DNA of 64,000 nt, from the NCBI GenBank assembly GCA_016196545.1, contig JACPXM010000020.1:4168-68167 (forward strand). Direction: 5' to 3'. Below, in pieces: positions 1 to 8,613 of the stretch. The translations under genes and the position numbers were made by a program. Every line of letters starts with the position of its first letter. The stretch's first letter is position 1. The stretch comes from Candidatus Omnitrophota bacterium (GTDB lineage Bacteria; Omnitrophota; Omnitrophia; Omnitrophales; Aquincolibacteriaceae). Below the pieces are notes generated by a model. That model was not told the origin of the DNA, did not search any database, and saw only the letters and a program-made list of their open reading frames with translations.

Positions 1-731
1 TCCGGCGTTTGGAAAAAAAGGGGTGTCGCGTTGAAGCAACGCAAAGGTCAAGCACAGGGATTCGATTCAAAGAACGAATGAATTTGTTTGATTCCGAAGA
101 ATTCCGTTCGGGCCTTTTTGAAATTCAAGATGAAGGCTCTCAGATTCTTTGTGAAAGGATGTCCCCCGTTCCGGGTGAGATCCTTTGGGATGTGTGCGCG
201 GGCGGTGGAGGCAAAAGCCTGGCCCTTGCCGCTCTGATGCAAAATAAAGGGCGCATCCTCGCAACGGACATTCGAACTCAAAAATTAATGGATTTAAAAA
301 AGCGTGCCCGGCGGGCTGCGATCACTAACATTTTTCCAGCAGAACTTGACCGGATTTCTGAAACCCAGGCCATGAAAAAGGGCGCGGATAAAATTCTTGT
401 GGATGCACCGTGCTCCGGTACCGGAACTTTTCGGCGCAATCCCGATGCCAAATGGAAATTAAGGGAAGAAGATTTCGATCGGTTTCAAAGCGAGCAGCTG
501 AAAATTCTGGAAGAAGCGCTCCCTTATCTTAAGCCCGGCGGTGTGCTATATTATGCCACTTGTTCCCTTGAGCCTGAGGAAAATGAAGAGGTGATTGAAG
601 GATTTCTCGAGAGGCACCCGGAATGCCGGCTTGAAACATCCCTACGACTTTATCCCCATCGGGAAGCAACCGACGGGTTTTTTATGGCAACGTTGAAAAA
701 ATTAGAATCTAAAAACGGGGAGAAATCCTAA
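1..731 (+). CDS. NOL1/NOP2/Sun-family RNA cytosine-C5 methyltransferase (RsmB/RsmF-like), 5'-truncated by the window edge
   Basis: ORF reads from the window start. Family motifs DAPCSGTGTFRRNPDAKW and the SAM-binding stretch CAGGGGKS are present, and the conserved C-terminus ends ...DGFFMA. Confidence 0.75.
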   Translation, partial: RRLEKKGCRVEATQRSSTGIRFKERMNLFDSEEFRSGLFEIQDEGSQILCERMSPVPGEILWDVCAGGGGKSLALAALMQNKGRILATDIRTQKLMDLKKRARRAAITNIFPAELDRISETQAMKKGADKILVDAPCSGTGTFRRNPDAKWKLREEDFDRFQSEQLKILEEALPYLKPGGVLYYATCSLEPEENEEVIEGFLERHPECRLETSLRLYPHREATDGFFMATLKKLESKNGEKS

Positions 732-1100
732 ATGAAAAAAAGTTGCCTTATATTTTTAATAATTATTTTTTTACTTCCTTCCATTGTTTTTGCGCTCGAT
801 GAAGATGGCCGCACAACGCAGTCGCCGCTTACACGGCCGTGGATGCTCATGGGCCGGGGAGTGGTCAATATCGTGGGCCTTCCCATGGAAATTCCTTTGA
901 CCCTCGCGCGCGAAGGAGATAAGCATTCCTGGCTTTGGCCGGTCAGCTTCCCTCCCAGACTCGTTACAAATATCATCACACGCAGCGCCTCGGCCGTGAA
1001 TGATTTCTTTTTCTTCCCGTGGGTGGCCTCTTTTACGGATGATCTTTCGCCGTGGACGGAACCGATGGGACTTCCGGAATATCCCTGGCAGTTTGAGTAG
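732..1100 (+). CDS. small secreted hypothetical protein
   Basis: N-terminal signal peptide MKKSCLIFLIIIFLLPSIVFA. Internal motif MLMGRGVVNIV also occurs in the secreted protein at 4186-4671. Confidence 0.45.
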   Translation: MKKSCLIFLIIIFLLPSIVFALDEDGRTTQSPLTRPWMLMGRGVVNIVGLPMEIPLTLAREGDKHSWLWPVSFPPRLVTNIITRSASAVNDFFFFPWVASFTDDLSPWTEPMGLPEYPWQFE

Positions 1101-1107
1101 ATAAGCC

Positions 1108-1683
1108 GTGACTAAAGTCGATAAAGCCCCCCGCAATCACAAAACCGAAGGCGCTTATGTAAAGAAGGGTCTTATCCTTGTCCATACGGGAGCGGGTAAG
1201 GGAAAAAGCACGGCCGCGTTTGGAACGGCCCTGCGAGCCGTGGGACGGGGCTGGAAAGTGGCGGTGGTTCAATTTATTAAGGGCAAATGGAAAACAGGGG
1301 AAGCCGAGGCCGCCAAAAAATATTTCGGAAAATCCATGGAGTTTTTCCCCATGGGAGACGGCTTTACCTGGGAGACGAAAAATTTTAAGCAGGACGTCCA
1401 AAAGGCCCAGGAGGCCTGGAAGCGATGCGTGAAGTTTTTGCATGACAAAGAGCACGCCCTTGTGATCTTCGATGAAATTAATTATGTCCTGAAATACAAT
1501 TTTTTAGACGTGAAAGAGGTTCTTCGGGAGCTGAAAAAAAAACCACCGATGAAGCACGTGATTCTCACCGGTGGCGGGGTCCCCGAAGAATTGATTGAAA
1601 TCGCAGACCTCGTCACCGAAATGAAATGCATCAAACATCCCTATCAGAAGGGCATCAAAGCGCAGCCCGGCATAGAGTACTAG
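1108..1683 (+). CDS. cobO: cob(I)yrinic acid a,c-diamide / cobalamin adenosyltransferase (CobO/BtuR family)
   Basis: P-loop-like GAGKGKSTAAFG followed by VVQFIKG, characteristic of CobA/CobO/BtuR. Length 191 aa. Confidence 0.8.
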   Translation: MTKVDKAPRNHKTEGAYVKKGLILVHTGAGKGKSTAAFGTALRAVGRGWKVAVVQFIKGKWKTGEAEAAKKYFGKSMEFFPMGDGFTWETKNFKQDVQKAQEAWKRCVKFLHDKEHALVIFDEINYVLKYNFLDVKEVLRELKKKPPMKHVILTGGGVPEELIEIADLVTEMKCIKHPYQKGIKAQPGIEY

Positions 1684-1697
1684 TTATCCTGAATTGC

Positions 1698-2081
1698 ATG
1701 GCCATCCATTGCCCCAAATGCGGAATGAAACATGATGTGGTGAAATTTGAGGAAGGCCGGCGTGTCAAATGTCGCTGTGGCCTGAAACTCGATTTAGGTT
1801 TAATGCAGACGGTGGATGATTTTCTGCGATTTTTTGAAAGTGAAAAGGAAAGAAAAAAGGCCAAGGAAATTCAGGACCACGCCGAGCAGATTTGCCAGAT
1901 GATTTTAGATGAGCATTCCGCGGATATCGATATTGAAATTGCGAAGCAGAAATTAAGAGAAAAAGTGGAGTCCTATTTTCCCGACAAGCTTGAAACCTAC
2001 CGCATGATTTATGAGGCCCGCTTCAGACGTCTTTGGGAGCAATTCCGAGCGCCTGGCGGGCAAGATCCGGCCGGTCCGTAA
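1698..2081 (+). CDS. zinc-ribbon domain hypothetical protein
   Basis: CPKCG...16 aa...CRCG double Cys pair right after an internal ATG at 1698. The longer ORF from 1626 would overlap cobO, so the 1698 start is preferred. Confidence 0.45.
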   Translation: MAIHCPKCGMKHDVVKFEEGRRVKCRCGLKLDLGLMQTVDDFLRFFESEKERKKAKEIQDHAEQICQMILDEHSADIDIEIAKQKLREKVESYFPDKLETYRMIYEARFRRLWEQFRAPGGQDPAGP

Positions 2082-2814
2082 TAATTCCATCCACTCCCCG
2101 CTGGCCCAGTTGTTGGATGTGGTGGCGATCATTAATCGTCCAAAAAAAGACGCGCATTTTTCGGCGCTTTAAAAAAGCAATCATTTCTGAGCTATCCAGC
2201 GCGAACTTAAATTTTTTAGGCGGGAGGCTCGCCACCGCGAAGGAATCAATTTTTCGCGGGTCCTCTTTTTTCTGTTTAAAATCCACGACCTGTTCCAAAA
2301 TTTGTCTTTGAGAAAGAAAGCGCGAAATTTCCGGAAACTCCCGGGCAAGCGTTTCAGCAACCCTGAAATGCTTGGATCCCACAATGACGCGCGAGCTGGC
2401 TTTAAAACGGTCCACAAGCTGCATGACGGAGCGGGTAGTTTCCACGGAATTTTCCTTGATCTCGATTGCAAACATTTTTTCCGGATATCGATCAAAGACC
2501 TGTTCCAGCGTCGGAATCTTGAGGCCTTTGCCGCGTTCGGGAAAGGATTTATTTTTTTGAGGGTCAAAGCGAAATCCGGCGTCCAGGGATTCGATTTCCC
2601 CCAAGGTCTTTTGAAAAATATAGCCGGAACCGTTTGTGGTGCGCTCAAGCCGGGCATCGTGTAAAATGACGGGAATTTTGTCGCGGGTCCTATGCACGTC
2701 GAATTCAATCATGTCCGCCTGCATTGGGCCCAGGGCCAGATCAAAGGACTCAAGCGTATTTTCCGGCAAATAGGCACCAGCCCCGCGATGGCCAATTACA
2801 AAAGGGTGTTTCAT
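2023..2814 (-). CDS. glycerophosphoryl diester phosphodiesterase (GDPD/UgpQ family)
   Basis: N-terminus HPFVIGHRGAGAYLPENTLESF is the GDPD catalytic His-Arg signature. Length 263 aa. Confidence 0.8.
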   Translation of the reverse strand: MKHPFVIGHRGAGAYLPENTLESFDLALGPMQADMIEFDVHRTRDKIPVILHDARLERTTNGSGYIFQKTLGEIESLDAGFRFDPQKNKSFPERGKGLKIPTLEQVFDRYPEKMFAIEIKENSVETTRSVMQLVDRFKASSRVIVGSKHFRVAETLAREFPEISRFLSQRQILEQVVDFKQKKEDPRKIDSFAVASLPPKKFKFALDSSEMIAFLKRRKMRVFFWTINDRHHIQQLGQRGVDGIITDRPDLARQALGIAPKDV

Positions 2815-3582
2815 ATGATTTGCGTCATTTTAGTCGAACCGGAGTCTTCTGACAATATCGGAGCTGTCGCAAGGGCCATGAAAAATATGGGCCTGGCGGA
2901 TCTCAGGCTTATTTTGCCTCCGAAAGACTTCAAAAGGAAGGCCAAAAAAATGGCCATGTCGGCGCAGGGCACCCTTCGCCGGGCAAGGGTTTTTAAGGAT
3001 TTAAAATCGGCCTCCAAAGATTTGCAGTTTTTGATAGGAACAACCCGTCGGTTGGGGAAAAAAAGAGGCTATTCACTGGAGTTTTCCGAGGCCCTTTATA
3101 AACTTTTAAGCTCAGGGCTCAAGTCCGGGATTGTCTTTGGCAAAGAATCCAAGGGATTGGCGAATTCGGATTTATCTCTTTGCGATGCCGTTGTAACGAT
3201 TCCTTCTTCTTCAAAATATCCTTCGCTTAATCTTGCCCAGGCCGTGATGATTTTTGCATTTGAGTTATTTTTTAAATCATCCCAAGCGAAGGCGGGCCGG
3301 CCGGCTCCAGCCTTAGTCTCCAAGGCCAGAATTCACAACATCCTTCAATGGATGCATGAGGCCTTAACGGTCCTTAAATATCACCCTGAAGTCATCCAAC
3401 GCATTCAAGTTACTTTTTCAAATTTGTTGAAGCGAGCGGGTTTGGAAGAACCCGAGGCACAGATGTTCACGGGATTGTTTCAAAGAATCCATCAGCAAAA
3501 ATCAATCGGTACCAGGTTCCTTTTTAAAAAAAGGAACCTGGTACCTTTCGGGGCTCCATGCTACAATTTTCCGCATGAATGA
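2815..3582 (+). CDS. trmJ: SpoU/TrmH-family RNA 2'-O-methyltransferase, TrmJ-like
   Basis: ICVILVEPESSDNIGAVARAMKNMGL matches the TrmJ N-terminus (E. coli [26 protein letters not shown], from memory). The ATG at 2815 directly abuts the minus-strand GDPD start at 2814. Confidence 0.75.
   Translation: MICVILVEPESSDNIGAVARAMKNMGLADLRLILPPKDFKRKAKKMAMSAQGTLRRARVFKDLKSASKDLQFLIGTTRRLGKKRGYSLEFSEALYKLLSSGLKSGIVFGKESKGLANSDLSLCDAVVTIPSSSKYPSLNLAQAVMIFAFELFFKSSQAKAGRPAPALVSKARIHNILQWMHEALTVLKYHPEVIQRIQVTFSNLLKRAGLEEPEAQMFTGLFQRIHQQKSIGTRFLFKKRNLVPFGAPCYNFPHE
3507..3547 (+). terminator. perfect 18-bp palindromic hairpin inside the trmJ 3' end, 28 nt upstream of pyrE (terminator/attenuator candidate)
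   Basis: ggtaccaggttccttttt / aaaaaggaacctggtacc is a perfect inverted repeat followed by tttcgg. Its right arm AAGGAACCTGGTACCTTT recurs at 43151. Confidence 0.4.
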
Positions 3583-4123
3583 ACAGGAACTCAAAGAGGA
3601 ACTCCTAAAACTTCTTAAAGAAAAAGCAGTGATTCGCGGCTCGCGTACGCTCGCTTCCGGAAAAAAGTCAGATTATTACATCGATGGCAAGCAGATCACG
3701 CTGGATTCTCACGGACTTTTAATCGTCGGAAAATTGATTCTCTCACTCATCCACGGAACGAATGCGGATGCGGTGGGCGGACCCACGCTTGGAGCAGATC
3801 CTCTGGCTTCCGCGGTAGCCCTTCTAAGTTCTCATACCGGAAAACCGCTGAAAGCCTTTATTGTCCGCAAGGAAGCCAAAAAACACGGTATGCAAAAAAT
3901 GATTGAAGGTCCCTTGTTAAAGCTCGGAGACAAGGTCGTTATTGTGGAAGATGTCATTACGACGGGCGGCTCGGTCTTGACGGCCATTCAAGAAGTTGAA
4001 AAAATCGGAGCAAAAATAGTAAAAGTGATTTGCCTCGTGGATAGGAACGAAGGTGCCTTCGAAAAACTCTCGCCGTATAATTACTCGCCGATCTTTACGT
4101 TAAGTGATTTGGGACTCAAATAA
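3575..4123 (+). CDS. pyrE: orotate phosphoribosyltransferase
   Basis: PRPP-binding motif VVIVEDVITTGGS. N-terminal region ...YYIDGKQ... is typical of PyrE. Length 182 aa. Confidence 0.85.
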   Translation: MNEQELKEELLKLLKEKAVIRGSRTLASGKKSDYYIDGKQITLDSHGLLIVGKLILSLIHGTNADAVGGPTLGADPLASAVALLSSHTGKPLKAFIVRKEAKKHGMQKMIEGPLLKLGDKVVIVEDVITTGGSVLTAIQEVEKIGAKIVKVICLVDRNEGAFEKLSPYNYSPIFTLSDLGLK

Positions 4124-4170
4124 AACAAACCGGGGACAGGTTTGAATTTCAAGCCTGTCCCCGGTTTGTT
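4124..4170. terminator. bidirectional intrinsic terminator between convergent pyrE and the minus-strand secreted-protein gene
   Basis: 16-bp perfect stem acaaaccggggacagg / cctgtccccggtttgt with a 13-nt loop. A T-run follows the stem on the minus strand. Confidence 0.6.
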
Positions 4171-4185
4171 ACTTACCCCTTAAAA

Positions 4186-4671
4186 CTATTTCTTTACATA
4201 CTCCATCGGGTCATGTTGCTTGGCAGGAACCACGGGTTCCTCCGCGATGACGGTTGAAGCAACCGGAGTAGCGTAGGTTGAACCCGCCTCGGGAGCAGGA
4301 GCCGCAACCTCATCCATTTCGAGACAATTGGAATAAGAACGTCCCACCGGAATCCCATTAAATCCGGGTACCCAGAATGTTGCAACATCCAGAACTCCCG
4401 AAGTCGCACGAAGCGCAGTGCATCCAATGCCGCCGCCGAGACCTGTAAGAGTGCCCACAAAAGGAGGTCCTTCTTGTGTGCCTTCGACCGTCTGAACAAT
4501 GACGTCCACAAAACAAGTGACCGCATTTAAAAGACCCCGTCCCAGCATACCGCCGGCTTTCTTTCCGTATTTATCTGATTGTGCCATGTCCCAAACGGTT
4601 TCTTGAGCAAAAGCCGTTGATGTCAGGCCGAGCAAAACAAGGACTGCAATGAGCATAATCCCTTTTTTCAT
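4186..4671 (-). CDS. secreted hypothetical protein
   Basis: Signal peptide MKKGIMLIAVLVLLGLTSTAFA. Shares the motif MLGRGLLNAV with the ORF at 732-1100. Confidence 0.45.
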   Translation of the reverse strand: MKKGIMLIAVLVLLGLTSTAFAQETVWDMAQSDKYGKKAGGMLGRGLLNAVTCFVDVIVQTVEGTQEGPPFVGTLTGLGGGIGCTALRATSGVLDVATFWVPGFNGIPVGRSYSNCLEMDEVAAPAPEAGSTYATPVASTVIAEEPVVPAKQHDPMEYVKK

Positions 4672-4848
4672 TGAGCTTACTCCTTTGTTTAATGAGGCGT
4701 TTGATGAAGTGCCGAAAAAACGGAAAATAGCATATTACAAATAATCAAATGAAGCAATAATTTTCTTCCGACCATCAAACACACTTTAACTCAAGGCTAT
4801 TAAAGGAGTTAAGGCGTCGCTTTTGGATATAATAATAACTATCAAAAC

Positions 4849-4877
4849 TTGACAATTTATAGTGATGATATTACTAT
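4849..4877 (+). promoter_or_regulatory. candidate sigma70-type promoter for the HTH gene and the polysaccharide locus
   Basis: TTGACA (4849-4854), a 17-nt spacer, then TACTAT. It lies inside a 265-bp AT-rich non-coding stretch. Confidence 0.3.
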
Positions 4878-4935
4878 TTAGTCTAGATTATAACTCTAAC
4901 GATCTTTAACTCAAAAGGAAGAACAGGAACAAACA

Positions 4936-5148
4936 ATGGAACATCAAAAAATTGAACATCCGAAAAGACCCGAACGCACCCAAATCATGACGCCCAAAGA
5001 AGCAGCCAAGTATCTGGGCTTTCACTTGGTGACGATTTACCGGCTTCTAAAAAAGCACGAAATCCCGGCCACGAAAATCGGCGGACAGTGGCGCTTTAAA
5101 AAGGATGTTTTGGATGCCTGGCTCCTTGACCGGATGAACAAAGAATAA
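4936..5148 (+). CDS. excisionase/MerR-like helix-turn-helix DNA-binding protein
   Basis: MTPKEAAKYLGFHLVTIYRLLKKHEIPATKIGGQWRF is the classic excisionase-family HTH signature. Length 70 aa. Confidence 0.6.
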   Translation: MEHQKIEHPKRPERTQIMTPKEAAKYLGFHLVTIYRLLKKHEIPATKIGGQWRFKKDVLDAWLLDRMNKE

Positions 5149-5249
5149 ATTTTAGAATACCCCACGACAATTCCATCAAACGAAAGACAGGGATAAAAAA
5201 TCCTTTGTCCAGGAGCATTGTGTGCGGGTTATGAATTTAAGAGAACGCC

Positions 5250-5807
5250 ATGATTGAGCTTGCAGACTCTCCTAAGGTGGCGGCTTCCATGTTGGATGAA
5301 GACCATCGCAAATGGCATGAAGCCTATTGGTATGCCCTTTATACTCGAAGCCGTCACGAAAAATTTATCCGTGGAGAACTTGAGAAAAAGGGGATTGAAA
5401 CCTTTCTTCCCCTGAAGCGCGTCACACGCCGGTGGTCCGACCGAAAAAAAGTTATCGAAGAACCCCTTTTTAAGGGATATTTATTCGTCCATACGCCTCT
5501 TATAAACCGAATTTCTATTTTAAATACCAAGGGAGCCGTCCGATTTGTAGGGCCCTCGGTTTCTCCCCTTCAGGTTTCCGAAACAGAACTTGCCTCAATC
5601 CGCCATTTTATGGAAAACGAGCTCCCCATGGACCCTTTCCCTTACCTTAAGGAGGGAGAGCGCGTTTACATTCGCTCCGGACCCATGAAGGGCGTAGAAG
5701 GTTTTATTGTACGTAAAGATAAGCACTGCCGTCTGGTCATTTCACTCGACTTATTAATGCAGTCCGTATCGGTTTTGGTGGATCAAGCCATCGTCGAGAA
5801 GTTATGA
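5250..5807 (+). CDS. NusG-paralog transcription antiterminator (RfaH/UpxY-like) heading the polysaccharide locus
   Basis: NGN domain WYALYTRSRHEKFIRGELEKKGIETFLP...RRWSDR...PLFKGYLFVH. C-terminal KOW motif GERVYIRSGPMKGVEGFIV. Confidence 0.75.
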   Translation: MIELADSPKVAASMLDEDHRKWHEAYWYALYTRSRHEKFIRGELEKKGIETFLPLKRVTRRWSDRKKVIEEPLFKGYLFVHTPLINRISILNTKGAVRFVGPSVSPLQVSETELASIRHFMENELPMDPFPYLKEGERVYIRSGPMKGVEGFIVRKDKHCRLVISLDLLMQSVSVLVDQAIVEKL

Positions 5808-5924
5808 ATAGGTAGGACATAGCGCAGAGCCCAGGCGTAAAAGTTGTGTTATGGATTTTGAAGCTCTGGAGGTTACAGCTTCCTGTGACTGAAGGGGCGA
5901 AGCTATGAAAAGGGGAAATTCAAA

Positions 5925-6899
5925 ATGAGCTATTGGACCTGTAAAAAAGTGCTGGTAACGGGAGGGGCGGGCTTTATCGGTTCCTATTTGGCGGAAGGGC
6001 TTGTCAATGCCGGTGCCGAAGTTACGGTGGCTGACAATCTCAACCGGGGAAGCCGGGAGCGGCTTGAATCTGTGATTTCAAAAATTCAGTTGAGGGAAGT
6101 CGACCTTTTTAATTCCACCCATTGTGACGAAGTCTGCAAAGGCCAGGATATAGTCTTGAACTTGGCGGCCAAGGTGACAGGGATTGAATATAACCGCTTT
6201 CATATGGCGGACATGTTTGAGGCGAATATGAAACTTCAAATCAACATGCTTCATGCCGCAGCCGATGCCGGCGTGAAACGTTTTTTACAAGTCAGTACCG
6301 CGTGCATTTATCCGCACGATGCAAAGGTTCCCACACCGGAATCGGAGGGAGATCGCGGCTCGCCGGAGCCCACCAACGAAGGTTATGGATTTGCTAAATT
6401 AATGGGGGAGAAGCTTGCAAAATATTATACGCGTGAGCGAAAAATTGAGGTGCTCATCGGCCGGCCTTTTAATGCCTATGGGCCTCGGGATCATTTTGAT
6501 GAAGCAACCAGTCATGTCATCCCTGCCATTATGAAGCGTGTTTTAGAGGGCGAGGATCCCGTCGTGATTTGGGGATCCGGCAATCAATCGCGCGTGTTTG
6601 TCCACGCCAAAGACATTGCGCGGGGCATGATGCTTCTTACCGAAAAAGCTCCGGCCGCAACGCCGATCAATATCGGCCATGACCAGGAAGTGGCCATCAA
6701 GGAACTCTTTGAGCTCATTTGCAAAGTGACGGGCAAAAATCCAAGGCCCTATTATGACACCACCAAACCCGACGGCTATCCGCGCCGGGCGGCTGATGTC
6801 AAGCTCCTTCGTAAATACACAGGGTTTGTTCCCTCGATTTCGCTTGAGGACGGCTTAAAAGAGATGTTTGATTATTTTCTTGCCAAGAAAAATTCTTGA
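5925..6899 (+). CDS. NAD-dependent nucleotide-sugar epimerase/dehydratase (SDR family)
   Basis: Rossmann motif VLVTGGAGFIGS. Catalytic YxxxK in YGFAKLMGEK. Length 324 aa. Confidence 0.8.
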   Translation: MSYWTCKKVLVTGGAGFIGSYLAEGLVNAGAEVTVADNLNRGSRERLESVISKIQLREVDLFNSTHCDEVCKGQDIVLNLAAKVTGIEYNRFHMADMFEANMKLQINMLHAAADAGVKRFLQVSTACIYPHDAKVPTPESEGDRGSPEPTNEGYGFAKLMGEKLAKYYTRERKIEVLIGRPFNAYGPRDHFDEATSHVIPAIMKRVLEGEDPVVIWGSGNQSRVFVHAKDIARGMMLLTEKAPAATPINIGHDQEVAIKELFELICKVTGKNPRPYYDTTKPDGYPRRAADVKLLRKYTGFVPSISLEDGLKEMFDYFLAKKNS

Positions 6900-6921
6900 G
6901 GGGGAGTTTAAACTTTAGGTT

Positions 6922-8016
6922 TTGCGAATTTTAGTTCTACTTTCGGATGCCTTTGGCGGATTTGGCGGTATCGCCAAGTTTAATCGAGATTTATTAAAAG
7001 CCCTTTGTTCTTTTTCGGAGGTTGAAGAAGTTGTCGCGATTCCCCGGAAAGCTTCCGAAACGATCGGGGAACTGCCTTCAAAGTTAGTTTATATCACCGA
7101 GGCCCTGAATCATAAAGGGAAGTATCTTCTTACTATTTTTAAAGTCCTATACCGCAAATCCGATTTTGATTTGATCCTTTGCGGGCATATTCATCTTCTT
7201 TTTTTGGCCTTTCTGGTTAAAAGCCTGCTCGGGAAGGGGCAATTAGTCCTTATGGCTCACGGTATCGAAGTTTGGAGGCCGCGGCATTTTTTGACCCGTT
7301 GGGCTGCCGGGCAAGTCAATGTTTTAATTTCAGTCAGCCGGTTTACGGAAAATCAATTTCAAAAATGGGCCTCTCTTCGAAAGGCGCGGCCCTTTCTTCT
7401 TCCGAATAGCGTTGATTTAGATCAGTTTAAACCCGGTGCAAAAAGAAGTGACTTAATGAACCGATACGGTCTTGAGGGAAAAAAAATTATCATGACGCTC
7501 GCCAGGCTTAACGCATCCGAGCGCTACAAAGGAATTGATGAAGTCCTCGAAGCACTGCCCGCACTGATTTCAGAAATCCCGGATATTCTCTATCTGATCG
7601 TGGGAGACGGTACGGACCGCAAGCGTTTTGAGCGGAAAGTCCAAAGTTTGAATTTAAACAAGCAGGTTATTTTTGCGGGCCAGATTTCAGAAGCAGAAAA
7701 AGTGGATTATTATCGATTGGCCGATGTCTTTGTCATGCCAGGCCGCGGGGAGGGATTCGGGATTGTTTATTTGGAAGCCCTTGCCTCGGGCATTCCCGTC
7801 ATCGGGAGCAAACGGGATGCCAGCCGGGAAACTTTGTGCGAGGGGGAACTGGGAATTTTAGTGGACCCGGATAATCCCAAGGAAATTCAATCCGCAATCA
7901 AAGAAGCTTTCAACAAACCCAGAAACGATGTTTCCCAAAAACTTCGCATTTTCTCAACGGATCATTTCAACGAAAGCCTTCATCAAATCCTGAATGAGGT
8001 CGCAGGGCGCAACTGA
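6922..8016 (+). CDS. glycosyltransferase, GT4-like (GT-B)
   Basis: C-terminal EGFGIVYLEALASGIPVIGS, the E-X7-E region. TTG start. Confidence 0.75.
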   Translation: MRILVLLSDAFGGFGGIAKFNRDLLKALCSFSEVEEVVAIPRKASETIGELPSKLVYITEALNHKGKYLLTIFKVLYRKSDFDLILCGHIHLLFLAFLVKSLLGKGQLVLMAHGIEVWRPRHFLTRWAAGQVNVLISVSRFTENQFQKWASLRKARPFLLPNSVDLDQFKPGAKRSDLMNRYGLEGKKIIMTLARLNASERYKGIDEVLEALPALISEIPDILYLIVGDGTDRKRFERKVQSLNLNKQVIFAGQISEAEKVDYYRLADVFVMPGRGEGFGIVYLEALASGIPVIGSKRDASRETLCEGELGILVDPDNPKEIQSAIKEAFNKPRNDVSQKLRIFSTDHFNESLHQILNEVAGRN

Positions 8017-8611
8017 TTTGAAGACGCCGGGGATTACCGCATTTCACACGCTCCTCTATTTTTTAAAGATCCATGAAGCCCATACTCAAACCACCCAAAA
8101 AGAGCGGGAAGCCTTATCGAAATATTCTTCAGGGAAGAAAAAGGCCGTCGAAATTGGTGTTTATGAAGGAGTTAATACGCGAATCATTGCGCAGCATTTA
8201 GATTCTCAAGGAGTTTTATATGCAGTCGACCCTTTTTTCCGCGGAAGAATCGGGATTTGTTGGAATGAATTTATTGCGCGAGGAGAAATTCGCCGGGGAA
8301 AAGTTAAAAACGTGGTTCAATTTGTTCATGCGACAAGCCATGAAGCGACTCAAACACTAAAAGGTCAATTCGATTTTATTTTTATAGATGCGGATCATTC
8401 TTATGAAGGAATCAAGTCTGATTGGGAAGATTGGTCCCCACGAATCGAAAAAGAGGGGATTATCGCATTGCATGATACTCAAGTTCCCGACCATGACGCT
8501 AGTATTGCTCAACTGGGCTCTTACCGATTTTTTCAGGAGCATATTCGACAGGATGCGCGATTCGAAATCCTGAAACAGACGGACTCTTTGAGTATTTTAA
8601 AGCGAAAATAA
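7994..8611 (+). CDS. class I SAM-dependent methyltransferase (TylF/CmcI-like O-methyltransferase fold)
   Basis: EIGVYEGVNT...FIFIDADHSYEGIKSDWEDW matches the sugar O-methyltransferase family. Confidence 0.65.
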   Translation: MRSQGATDLKTPGITAFHTLLYFLKIHEAHTQTTQKEREALSKYSSGKKKAVEIGVYEGVNTRIIAQHLDSQGVLYAVDPFFRGRIGICWNEFIARGEIRRGKVKNVVQFVHATSHEATQTLKGQFDFIFIDADHSYEGIKSDWEDWSPRIEKEGIIALHDTQVPDHDASIAQLGSYRFFQEHIRQDARFEILKQTDSLSILKRK

Positions 8612-8613
8612 AA

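Noticed and set aside
1626-1697. Upstream start for the zinc-ribbon ORF, overlapping cobO by 58 nt.
   Set aside because: The internal ATG at 1698 sits just after the cobO stop, and the Cys-pair motif begins right after it.
5808-5924. An explicit ops/JUMPstart element in the leader downstream of the NusG paralog.
   Set aside because: Only loose resemblance (GGTAGgacaTAGCG) to the GGCGGTAG consensus. Kept as a hypothesis inside the locus-head finding, not called as a feature.
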